A DNA stretch of 64,000 nt from assembly GCA_016748015.1 (NCBI GenBank), contig JAAOMT010000439.1, forward strand, positions 517,527 to 581,526. Direction: 5' to 3'. Shown one piece after another: positions 54,159-64,000 of the stretch. The stretch comes from Geosiphon pyriformis uo1. Taxonomy: Eukaryota; Fungi; Glomeromycota. The notes under the pieces are model-generated. The model ran no database searches and was not told the DNA's origin. It saw nothing but the letters and a program-made list of their open reading frames with translations. Numbering within the stretch: position 1 is the stretch's first letter; the number at the start of each line of letters is the position of its first letter. The position numbers were made by a program, and so were the translations under genes.

Positions 54159-55538
54159 ATGAACAACCACCTTTACAAAAACCTCAGCCAATACTTGGAA
54201 ACACTACAAATAGACGAAGAAATGCCAGTAAAAGAGCTAATTAAGCTCCAAAAATTAGCAAAACACTATTTCATCCAAAATCACATACTTTATTACCGGA
54301 ATCGACAAAATCCAGATAATCTATTAAGAGTTATAACCATGGATGAAAAAGAAACTATCTTATTTAACATGCACTCAGATATTCATTCAGGCCACTTTGG
54401 AAAAACAGCAACCATCCAATGTGCAACTAGCTGTTACCATTGGCCAAAAATGAGTTCAGACATAATCCAATACATAAGAAATTGTGACCTATGCCAATGA
54501 AGAGGAGGAGCAAAAACAATGGAATTATTAAGACCAATAAAAGTTGGACAGCCATTTGACAGAATCGGAATTGATTTAGTTGGACCCTTACCAATAACAA
54601 CAAGAAACAACTATTATATTGCAGTAGCCATAGACTATCTCACCAAATGGCCAGAAGCTAGAGCTATTAAAACAGCTGATGCTATTTCCATAGCTCAATT
54701 TATACATGAAGACTTAATTTGCCAACATGGATGTCCACAAGAATTGTTATCAGATCAAGGCATACACTTCGTAAACAGCATCTTAAAAGAACTTAGCCAA
54801 AAATTTGGAATCAAGCGACCACAGTCATCATCATACCACCCTCAAACAAATGGATTAGTTGAAAGATTTAATCACACATTATGCAAATCACTGGCGAAAA
54901 TTAGTAACGAACATGAAAAAGAATGGGATTTGTTCATATCAGCAGTACTACTAGCATATAGAACAGTAAAACAAGATACTACACAATTTACACCGTTTGA
55001 ACTAGTTTATGGAAGAAAAGCCACATTACCAGTTGAACTTACTATTCCAACTTATTCAAGTGACACTATCACAGAAGCAACATTCCAGGAAACACTACTT
55101 AGAAGAACATACGAATTAATGGGAACTTTAGAAAACAAAAGAAGAAAAGTAGCACAAAATATTGAACAATCAAAAGAACAACAAAAAGTGAGACATGATA
55201 ACCAGTTACCAGATAATATAATTAGCTACAAAATTGGAGATAAAGTATTGTTGCATTGTACAAAAATGGAAAAACAGTGGAGTGGAAAATTTGATCACAA
55301 ATGGGATGGACCATTTTATATTCACGAAATACTTGGAAATGGAGCATACAAGCTAAGACTAGATAATAAAATATTAAGAAAAGCAGCACATGGTAACTGG
55401 CTGAAATTCTATTACAGTAAACCAGTAATAACAACAAAAACACCCAGAATTGGAACACAATTACTTTTAATTCTACCAGAACAAATTCCACAAGATTTAG
55501 AACCAATAGTTTTAATTGAACATTATTCAAAAAGATAA
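54159..55538 (+). pseudogene. Gypsy-B stand-alone integrase ORF
   Basis: Own ATG 29 nt after the RNase H stop, in a different frame. HSGHFG..CDLC, IGIDLVGP, SDQG, HPQTNGLVERFN, WDGPF. One internal TGA at 54498. No chromodomain. Confidence 0.9.
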
Positions 55539-55622
55539 TTAATCTTAGATCACAGCAAAAATGATTTAACAACCATAAAAACGCATGCAAAAGATTCCAA
55601 AATAACAGTCAAAATTAAAACA

Positions 55623-56291
55623 ATGATACTTATTCCAGAAAACATCAACAATATAACTCAACAATTAGTTAAAAGCTTACAACAATTAAAATCTGATCTA
55701 GAAATCACAGTTAATAGCTCCAAAATAACATACATAAAAAGAACAATAGAAAATCCAAAAACAATAAAAGAACATAATTTCGAACCATATAATATTGCCA
55801 AATATAACAACAAATTTATTAGCAAAGTTATTGAAAAATTAGAGATAGCATTGGGCAATACATTAATAATGGAAGAAATAGAAATAAGTGAATTAACACC
55901 AGACACATTTAGCAACTTGAAAACGAAATTTCCAATTAATTACTGTTATTATCAACTAGGAAAGCACTTGAACATACAAACATTATACTCAAAAGACTCA
56001 ACTAGAGTGTTTGACAAAACAACTATCCAACTATTAAAACCTTTCATTGGAAAAACCAACACTACATTCCATTCAAAAACAGTTTACAGAATTTTCAAAG
56101 CATTTGAAAACTGTCACAAATTATTGTTGGACCCAACCATGAACATAATAACAACCAACAGTATTGGATGACTTACCAACTCACAATTTCAAGAATTACA
56201 ACAACAAATTAATAACACAGTATTGAACCACTATAGTAACTTAGAATTTAATGAAGAAATTAACTTCGATTTCGACGGAGCTTAATCTTGA
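55623..56291 (+). pseudogene. Gypsy-B ORF3, unknown function, about 222 aa
   Basis: ATG at 55623, internal stops at 56169 and 56283, final TGA overlapping the PPT; homologous to 1788-2522. Confidence 0.8.
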
Positions 56292-56304
56292 AAGGAGGGG
56301 ATAA
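56290..56304 (+). other. Polypurine tract of Gypsy-B
   Basis: GAAAGGAGGGGATAA directly before the 3' LTR. Confidence 0.9.
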
Positions 56305-57102
56305 TGTTATGGTTTAAGAATTTAGCAAAAAGAATCATAAAAATAATACAAACTATTCAATCATAATATAGCACAGTAATAATCTTAGAAAGGTAATGAT
56401 TAACATAGTAGCAAACACCAGGTTGAAATATCAAAAAGAAAGTATTTTCTCGTAAAACTACAAACATGTATATATACAGTAGTTTTAATATTGGGAAATA
56501 ATCAATCAAGTAATAAAAATCATAACTTATCAAGCAACAGATCTAATTTTATCCAACAAACTCCACTTTAAATCATACTTTCAAATTAAATATCCCAAGA
56601 AACCTTTAAAAATCAAAAAGAAATGAAAAAGAATATTTAAAACGGAACTATCACAACCCAAAGTATTAAGAAACTTACTTGTATTATTTATTGAATGAAA
56701 CTATCATTCATCAACTGAATCCCTTGGAAGAATAATCCTTGATCAAGATTATTCACATTGTTACTAATTGATAAAAGCTTTATTGTGAAAATTAGAAAAG
56801 CGCTAAAGACCATTAATATTCTGTGTTTCTAGATTAGAGAAACACATCAGGCAATTGCAAGAATAGCCTCAGAAAAGACCCCAAACAGTGGGTAAATTTC
56901 AGTTCAGCCTCTGAGAAGGAGTACATAAACACACACAACAATCAAGAATTAAAGAATAACTTACATCGCAACAATAAAAAAAAAGCCTTCAGTGTAACAG
57001 TGACATTATCACACAAATAGAATTGAGAAACTTATGAAAGACTGATTGCAATTAAAGTGGGATATCTGCAATTAAATATAACAAGAAAACCATCCCGTAA
57101 CA
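56305..57102 (+). repeat. Gypsy-B 3' LTR (798 bp)
   Basis: TGTTATG...CGTAACA; about 97% identical to the 5' LTR by manual count. Confidence 0.96.
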
Positions 57103-57106
57103 CCAT

Positions 57107-58282
57107 GGTGTTGTGGTAAACACCAATTTTAAGCGCACCATCAACAATCGTACAAATTGGGCAATTGTGTTGAAAGAAATTCCTGTGGGAACTTCCATCG
57201 AGGCAGTGCATGTAGCCATTTCTGAATTTGGGCTTATTAAGTCGATCAAAATGCAGTTGGTGGGTCTATGGCAAAAGGCAATCATCGAATTGGAAGATCA
57301 AATTCAGACTGATCTCTTAGCAGCTAAGTGGTCTGTTTTTATTGGGAAAGATGCAGTGCATGTGGCCCGGGCTGATGTTGACAAACAAATATGGGATGCC
57401 AGAGATAAGTTCAGGGCTTTGCTTTATACTCTCCCTATGGGTACCACCACTCATAATTTTTAGGATTTTATTGGTTCAGTTGGTGGGAAAACATGTGTTA
57501 TTAAACACAGCTCTGTCAGTTATGTCTGAGCACACTGTGCCACTGTGTGCTTTGATTTTGAGGGTAGCCTTATTCAGGCAATGGCAAACACTCCAGTTAT
57601 AAATGGCATTGGTCTCTGTTGGTTTCGTTTGACCACTGCACTGTGCTCAATTTGCAGAAATTCCAGTCATACTTCTCTTACTTGTCATACTGCTGGTGTG
57701 TCCTCAAGTCCTAGGAGCAAGAGAGCTTCTCTCTCAGCTCAAGATCAGCTCCATCTGGCTAAGATATATGAAAAAAAATCTGCCTCCATTTCCTGCCCTT
57801 TGGCTTTCGGTAGAAAAACCTGGGCCTCCGTGGTTGGTAAACCACTTCCATTAGTGTCATTTAGTGGTTCAGCTCAATCTGGTTCCATATCTTATGGTAA
57901 ACCTCTCCCGATTGTTAGTGGTGAATTGAAAGACCATTTGAAGAATATTGAGAGCAGTCTTGTCAGCCTCACAGGACAAATTGGTGAGTTGGCTAAGAGG
58001 TTGGACTTATTCGTGCCAGCAGTTTCCCAGCCTAGCTCTGGATGTCAGCTGCTGGTAACCTCCACATCACAGAATCAAGGGGAGGATATAGTGATGGGAG
58101 TGGGTTCAGATGATACTACTAGTGACAAGACTGCTGCCGTTACAGATTCAACTGCCTCACCTGAGGTTGTAAAATTGAAAAAAATATTGGAAGGTCTCTC
58201 TGCTTTAGTCATAAGCCTATCGGCATGCTTGGATGGTTTGGCCTTGACAGGTGGTGTTCTTCCTCTACCTCTTTCTCAATGA
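57107..58282 (+). pseudogene. LINE-B ORF1, 3' part
   Basis: IVLKEIPVGTS, IKMQLVGLWQKA, knuckle CSICRNSSHTSLTC; ends PLPLSQ-TGA. Confidence 0.88.
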
Positions 58283-61200
58283 GTAGTCTGGTGTAGAAAA
58301 TTGCTACATGTAATGTTCGTAAGTTGAACAATCCTGTGAAGCAAGATGATGTCATTCATTGGCATAAGAATATGGGCAATTTAGTTTCTATTTTCACTAA
58401 GTCAAAGCTTAAAGGGAAAGTTCGTCCATGGTTGGCCAACAAATTTGATGGTGTTCAGGTTTTTACTTTTGGTCTGGATTCTGGTTCTTTGGGTGCTAGG
58501 GTGTTAATCGTTATGAATTCTTCTTTAGCAAAGCATGTCTGCAAGATTTCTGAGATGTCTGGTTGGCTCCTATTTATCAAATTGTTGTTCAGAAATAAAC
58601 TTTCAGTGTCTATTTTGGGGATTTATGCTGGTGCGTCAGCAGTAATTCGGTTTTCTCAGGCCGGTGAGATCAACTCTTTTATTGCTAAAGCCGTTAATGA
58701 GTCCTCCTTTGTTATTCTTGGTGGTGATTTTAATGAGGATGGTTCACACAGATGTGCCAGTTTCAAGAAATGTTCTGATTTGGGTTTGGTTAACTCTCTG
58801 GAGAGGAGCTCTTTTGTGAAAACACCTACTTAGTGCAATTCTTATGGTATTACTAAGACTATCAACTACGTGTTTGTTTCTGCTAATTTGGTTGGTGTGG
58901 TAATGGATCATGATATGGATGGTGTTGAGGAATATTTTGATACCAATCACAAGGCTGTTTATGTTTCTGTAGGATTGAGTGGCCTGCTTGATATTCAGCT
59001 GAACTCAATGTGCAAGTAGGCCAATAGAGATTGTTGGAAGTATGATATCAAAAATGCCAGTGAGGTTAAGTGGTCGAAATTCAGGAATGTTACGGCTGCT
59101 AATACTGTTATGTTTTTGGATGAGTTTGTTGTAGCTAAACAGTTTTCCGATCTGGATGCTATGTGGAACATTGTTCGTAAGGTTGTGGTGCTTTTTGCTG
59201 GTGGGACATTCAAGAAAAAATGGTTCAAGGGTTACAATAGTGTTTTTAATAAGGTTTCATCCAGGTTTCATTGTCTGGAGCTGCTGGTGTCTAAGCTGGT
59301 TAGGGATTCTTGCTTGGTTTCTGGTGGGAATTTTGCTTCTTTGTTGAAGACATGAGATAAGCTTGATTCTTCTGGTGCGTCAGAGGTGAAGTTCCTGTTC
59401 CTTTTAGGTTTTGGTTTTGATCACATTCATTCTGCACTGGCCAAAGCAAGAAAGTTGTACCGTGCTTCTAAGTTGTTGGAGTCCAGACGAGCTGAGGAAT
59501 CTTCAATCAAGCAGGCTATTGGTAAAAGGATGGAGAGTTTTGAACTAGACAAAGGTCACACTATTAGAAGTGTTTTGGAGCATTCCTTTCGCAAGGTGGC
59601 TTTAGATCATCTGGTTGTGGGAGATGAGTTGGTTTTGGAGCCTGAATCTGTCAAATCAAAGGTAGATGAAATCATGAAAGGTTGGACTAGGAAGCATCGG
59701 GTGATTGATGATGTCTCAAATGATTGGCGCCTCCAATATCGGCTGCTGGAGTATGTTTTTAATGGAGCTTTTTCTGGTGTCATGTGTTTGATTGAGTATG
59801 ATGAATTCTTTGGGGTGATTTCTGATCTTCCGGATGGTAAAGCGGCTGGTTTGTTGGGTATTTCAAATGAGCTTTGGAAACATTGTAATAGGTTGGTTTT
59901 AGATTTGTTGTTGGTGCTCTTGAACTCTTGTTTGTCTAGTAAATCAGTGCCCGGCCCTTAAAAGGAAGCATGAGTCTCAATAATTCCCAAATCTTATGAG
60001 TAAGAAGGTGTTTTGATGAACACACGTCCTATTGCCTTAATTGAAACAGCTTGCAAGATTCTCTCCAAGATCCTCTCTGACAGGATTTCTTTGGCATGCA
60101 GTACTTTTGATGTGCTTTGGAGGGACAATTTTTTGGTTCTTAAGGGCACATCAACCCAGTTTCCTATTTTTGCAGTTGGGTCGGTGGTCAAGAATGCTTT
60201 GGAAAAAAACAGAGAGCTCTGGCTGGTTCTACAGGACATGCGAAAGACATATAACTTGGTTGGCTGAGAGCATCTCGAGAAGAGTTTGGTCAGAGTTAAG
60301 ATGTGTAGCAAATTTATTTGGTTTTTTAGTGGTATTCATGGGGATTGTACCAACCGAGTTATGACTGATTTTGGATTGACTAGTGGTTATCGTGTGCATG
60401 ATGGTTTGGACCAGGGAGAGGTTTTTTCTCCTTTTCTCTAGTGCATATTTTATGATCCTCTTTTGTGCGAAGTCAAAAGACAGGAGAGTGTATGTGGGTA
60501 TAGATTGAATTCTCACTTTGTTTCCAAGAATGGTCATTCCGAATCCCAGGCCAGGTTTTCTTCTTTTTTTGCCGCTGGTGCTTTTGTTGATGATACAATT
60601 TGGGTTGGCAGCAGTCAGATGGCTACTCAACATATTCTCAATGTTGCTAGTGAATTTTTTCGTGTCAATGACATCTCTATTAATAATGACAAAACGGTAG
60701 CCATTCCCATCAATAGCAGAGTTAGCAATCCCTCTCTTTTTATCAGCAGTTCACCCATTTCTATTGCCAAAAAGAAAGAATCTCACCAATATCTGAGTAT
60801 TTTCATATCGACTAAGGGTCTTTCGAAGTCTAGCTTGATTAAGGTGCATTTGGACGTTCACTTTTTCACCAATCTGGTGTTGAGAAAGGCAGTCTCAGAT
60901 AAGCAGTTCTTGTATTTGGTGTTGGCAGTTCTGTTTTCAATAGTCAGCTATAGAACTCAGTTCAGTTTTATTCCTGTTGGCATGTGCAACAAGTGGGATG
61001 CTCTGATTTGTAAAGGCTTAAAGCTCAAGTCTGGTTTGTCACTTGATTTCCCTAATGATGTGATTTATCACTCTTCGTTTTATGGTTTAAAGTCATTTTT
61101 TCAAGTTCAATCTGAGAGCAAGGTTGCTTCTCTTATCAGTTTTGCGAACTCTGGTGGTATTTTGGGTCATTTGTTTTTCCACAGATCTCATGACTTGCAA

Positions 61201-62967
61201 GTTCTGTGTTGGCATCCTGTTCATCCGTTGAATTCTCCTGTTTATATTCATGTTAGTGCATTTAATAACTTTCTGGCAGGCATGGTTTGTGTTTTTCTTG
61301 ATTACAGTGTATCTCTGGGTGGCTCTTTAGTTAGTTCCTTTTGATCTCATGGTGGAGTGCTTATGTCTGAGGTTCTGGGTGAGTCAAAATTTCTCAGGTT
61401 TCTCCTTTCTCTTCGGTGATATAGTATTGCCTTTGTGGATCAACTTCGTGACTGTCATGGTGCTGTTTTTAGTTAGTACACTTTCAAGAGGTGGAAGAGA
61501 TTGGACTCCCGTGGCCTAGTTTCTAAGTGGTTCAAGCTTTCTGTTTTGTTTCTCAATAGTGTGGGACCTTCTCATGCTCAGTTTTTAGTTTTGGGTAATG
61601 GTGGGTCTTCGAACATTCTTGAGTTTGGTGATTTTGTATCTGTTTGTGATCGTCTTTTGGTGACCAGTACTAGCAGCCTGTCAGTATATACAGATGAGTC
61701 CCTTAGTAATCTAGGCACAGTTGGCTGTAGAGCTGGTGCTGCTGTTTTTTTTGAGGACATTGGTTTGGATTTGGGTGTTAGTGTGTTGGGTTTGATGTCG
61801 TCTACTTTGGTGGAATTGCAGGCTGTTGCCTTGGCTATGGAGTGTGTTCTCTCATCAAGCTCTGTTTGTTTGTTCTCAGATAGTCAATCGGCTTTGGATG
61901 CTTGCAGATCAGAGTTGGGTCTGGTGTATCCTGATTATCGTAATCAGTGTTGGGTTGAAAATTGTCATATTGTCAATGTGATTCACAGTAAAAAGTTGAG
62001 GGTTAGCTTTCACAAGATAAAAAGTCATTCTGGTGTTTCGGGAAATGAGCATGCTGACGCAATTGCTGGTACCACTTCTCTCTCCAATTGGTATCTTCCC
62101 CCTCGCTTGAGTGAGCATTTCTTGTCAGCTGATGGTGGTATTGTTTCTGGAAATTCGAAGCATTTTGTACGTGATATTTATCGTTCTATTTGTTGTGCAC
62201 AGTGGGAGATTGGTTCTAGTTCTGGGGTTTTGGTGGGCAGCTTGTCTTCTGAGATTGATTGGCCCTACTCATCATTGGTATGGCATCCTGATTTGCACAT
62301 GGCAGCAGGTTTTACCAGCAGGTCTACGTCCAGTGTACGTACTTATTTTATGAAGTCTTTACACCATCAGCTGCCAGTTGCTGTTCGAAAATGCCTCTAT
62401 GATAAACATTATCCTAGTGTGTTATGCTTGTATTGTGGTGAGGTGGAGGTGTCAGATCATGTGTTCTTTTGCAAGGTTGACGGGTCTGTTAGACGTCAGT
62501 TGTTGAAGTCTCATGTAGGGTCTTGGAAGGTGATTTCTGGTTCCTCTTATTCTTACTTGGGTATATTGCAGCTGTTATCATCTGGTGTTTCTGATTCCTC
62601 TGTGTCTACGGCTTTTTTTAAGGGCTTTGTTTTCAATGGTTGGTTTTGCAAAGCTGTTTCCGTCTTTCATGACTCCAAGATTGCTGTTTTAGAGATTGTC
62701 AAGTTTGTGCAATCTCTTGGTCTTGCTTTCAGGGAGGAAGTCTGGTCAGTCTGTATTAAGCATCGTGCATATATGGAGAAGAATGAACTGATTCCGCTAG
62801 ATGGTTCGGCCAGCGTTTCGGTTCATGGTTTGGCTTCGAGGTTCTCTACAGGGGTAGTTAGATTACTTGGTGTTGCTAATGCTTTAGGTGTTCATTTTGG
62901 TTTTCACAAGTCTTGCTTGTTCTTTTTGGGTATAGGTGATTCAGTGTTGGTTCATATAGCTGCATAG
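58279..62967 (+). pseudogene. LINE-B ORF2: APE-RT-RNase H-Zn motif (4689 nt)
   Basis: GGDFN; LQDMRK; GLDQG; AFVDD (60583); YTDES..ELQAV..SDSQ..KSHSG; CLYCGEVEVSDHVFFC. Single frame with stops. Confidence 0.93.
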
Positions 62968-63359
62968 TATTGTTCTGATCAGCCCAAGTGGCTGGTCACA
63001 TGTAGATAGTGCATGATTCATGCTTAGTTTAGATTGATTCCTTGATGTATAGTGCTAGGTTGTGTTTGGACCTTACTCGTAAAATAAAAAAAAATAAAAA
63101 AAATATAAACAAAAGTATTTTAAATTAATTTTTATAAGTCTAAGTAGTTTAATCTAAAAGAGCTTAATTATATAAACCAAATTTTTTTCAATTAATATAA
63201 ACTATTTTTAACAAAATTGTTAGTCTAATTTAATTTAATAAATTTTATCACAACTTTTTATCACAATTTAATTAGTTATAATTAGATTAACATAATTTGA
63301 TTATACTTAAACAAAACTAAAATAATTTTAAAAAAATAATAATTTTTTTTTATTACAAG

Positions 63360-63485
63360 TTTTACAAGTAAAGCCCAATTACTATTTAGTACATAGAACC
63401 AAACTAAGTAGAACTAACTAAATACAGCTCATATACTTATTACATATGGCCAGCCACTTGTGCCAAATAAGGCAATACTATATAT
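63360..63485 (-). mobile_element. LINE 3'UTR remnant, inverted
   Basis: Reverse strand reads TAGTATTGCCTTATTTGGCACAAGTGGCTGGCCATATGT...GGGCTTTACTTGTAAAA. Confidence 0.75.
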
Positions 63486-64000
63486 TGTTATAGGTGATTA
63501 TTTGGGGTCTTAAAACAAATAACAAACTCATAACTTGGTGCTCAATTAATTTAATGTTGTTGGTAATATCTGAAGATGTTGTTTGTCTGAAGGTTTTGGT
63601 TGAATCCTTTGTATAATAGACAGAGATTCAATAATGTTTTAGTAGTTTTTCGGAATCACAATTCTATTCAATTTTTTTCTCAGCATGGTGGCTAGTAATC
63701 TGGCAGAAGTGCCCTTCTGGTAAGCTATCTTTAAATTTTCAAACTTTACACTCTTTTTTTGGAATCTTTTACCAAATTATCCTTGACATTAATTACTTAG
63801 TGCTTAATCTCTTTATTTAGTAATAAATCAACAAACAAAAGAAAATAAAATAAAAAAAAGAAAATAAAAGAAAATAAAAAGAAAATAAGAAATTAGTATT
63901 TCATCAATAGCCATGATCAAGAGCTATTGTTTCAGTGTGATTAAGTGTTGGATTTTATTAACATAAAGTGTTGATAAATAGAAGAGTAATTAGATTCTCA
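63486..64000 (-). repeat. 3' part of an LTR related to the Gypsy-A LTR, inverted, running off the window
   Basis: Reverse strand CTCTTGATCATGGCTATTGA..(CTTTT-like tract) matches 3088-3165; ends CACCTATAACA, compared with TACCTCTAACA of Gypsy-A. Confidence 0.7.

Larger units (their letters stand above)
47692..57102 (+). mobile_element. Complete Ty3/Gypsy LTR retrotransposon (Gypsy-B, 9.4 kb) encoding dUTPase; 4-bp TSD CCGT/CCAT
   Basis: Two 798-bp LTRs, PBS, PPT, gag-PR-dUTPase-RT-RH, separate IN and ORF3. TSD at 47688-47691 and 57103-57106. Removing the element restores the LINE ORF1 reading ANDRGVVVNT. Confidence 0.97.
46935..63105 (+). mobile_element. Full-length LINE (LINE-B), interrupted in ORF1 by Gypsy-B
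   Basis: 5'UTR homologous to LINE-A; ORF1 resumes in frame after 57106; ORF2 58279-62967; 3'UTR and poly(A)-like tail. Confidence 0.94.

Noticed and set aside
55380-55538. Chromodomain at the integrase C-terminus
   Set aside because: IN ends shortly after the GPF region, with no YLVKW/WEP-type motif.
55623-56291. ORF3 as an env gene
   Set aside because: No signal peptide, transmembrane helix or furin-like site, and it is short.

Overview
Eukaryotic, intron-rich fungal DNA, probably an early-diverging Mucoromycota/Glomeromycotina genome (inferred from gene style and TE content, not verified). The window has three compartments. (1) About 1-19.1 kb is a nested TE island: the 3' half of a Ty3/Gypsy element, several AT-hypermutated LINE and Gypsy fossils, and one full-length pseudogenised LINE (ORF1, then APE-RT-RNaseH ORF2). 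(2) About 19.9-45.4 kb is a dense island of ten host genes: BioF/KAPA synthase, PRMT5, an orphan ORF, RBBP4/Msi1, V-ATPase subunit a, NAC-beta, COQ6, URI1/Bud27, Nur1/Mug154-like and Mak5/DDX24. (3) About 45.7-64 kb is a second TE island, where a complete 9.4-kb dUTPase-encoding Gypsy element sits inside ORF1 of a second full-length LINE. Main observations: (a) two divergent Gypsy elements share a non-canonical layout, with integrase in its own ORF and a conserved non-env ORF3 that abuts the PPT; (b) fragments of the LINE 3'UTR carrying GTCACGTG sit in host promoters, four between BioF and PRMT5 and one upstream of the V-ATPase gene, each oriented toward a gene; (c) the LINE 3'UTR can fold into a conserved multi-stem structure with a loop-tail pseudoknot; (d) transition-dominated C>T/G>A hypermutation of repeats extends well beyond CpG. 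All alignments and counts were done by eye, and boundaries of degenerate elements are approximate.
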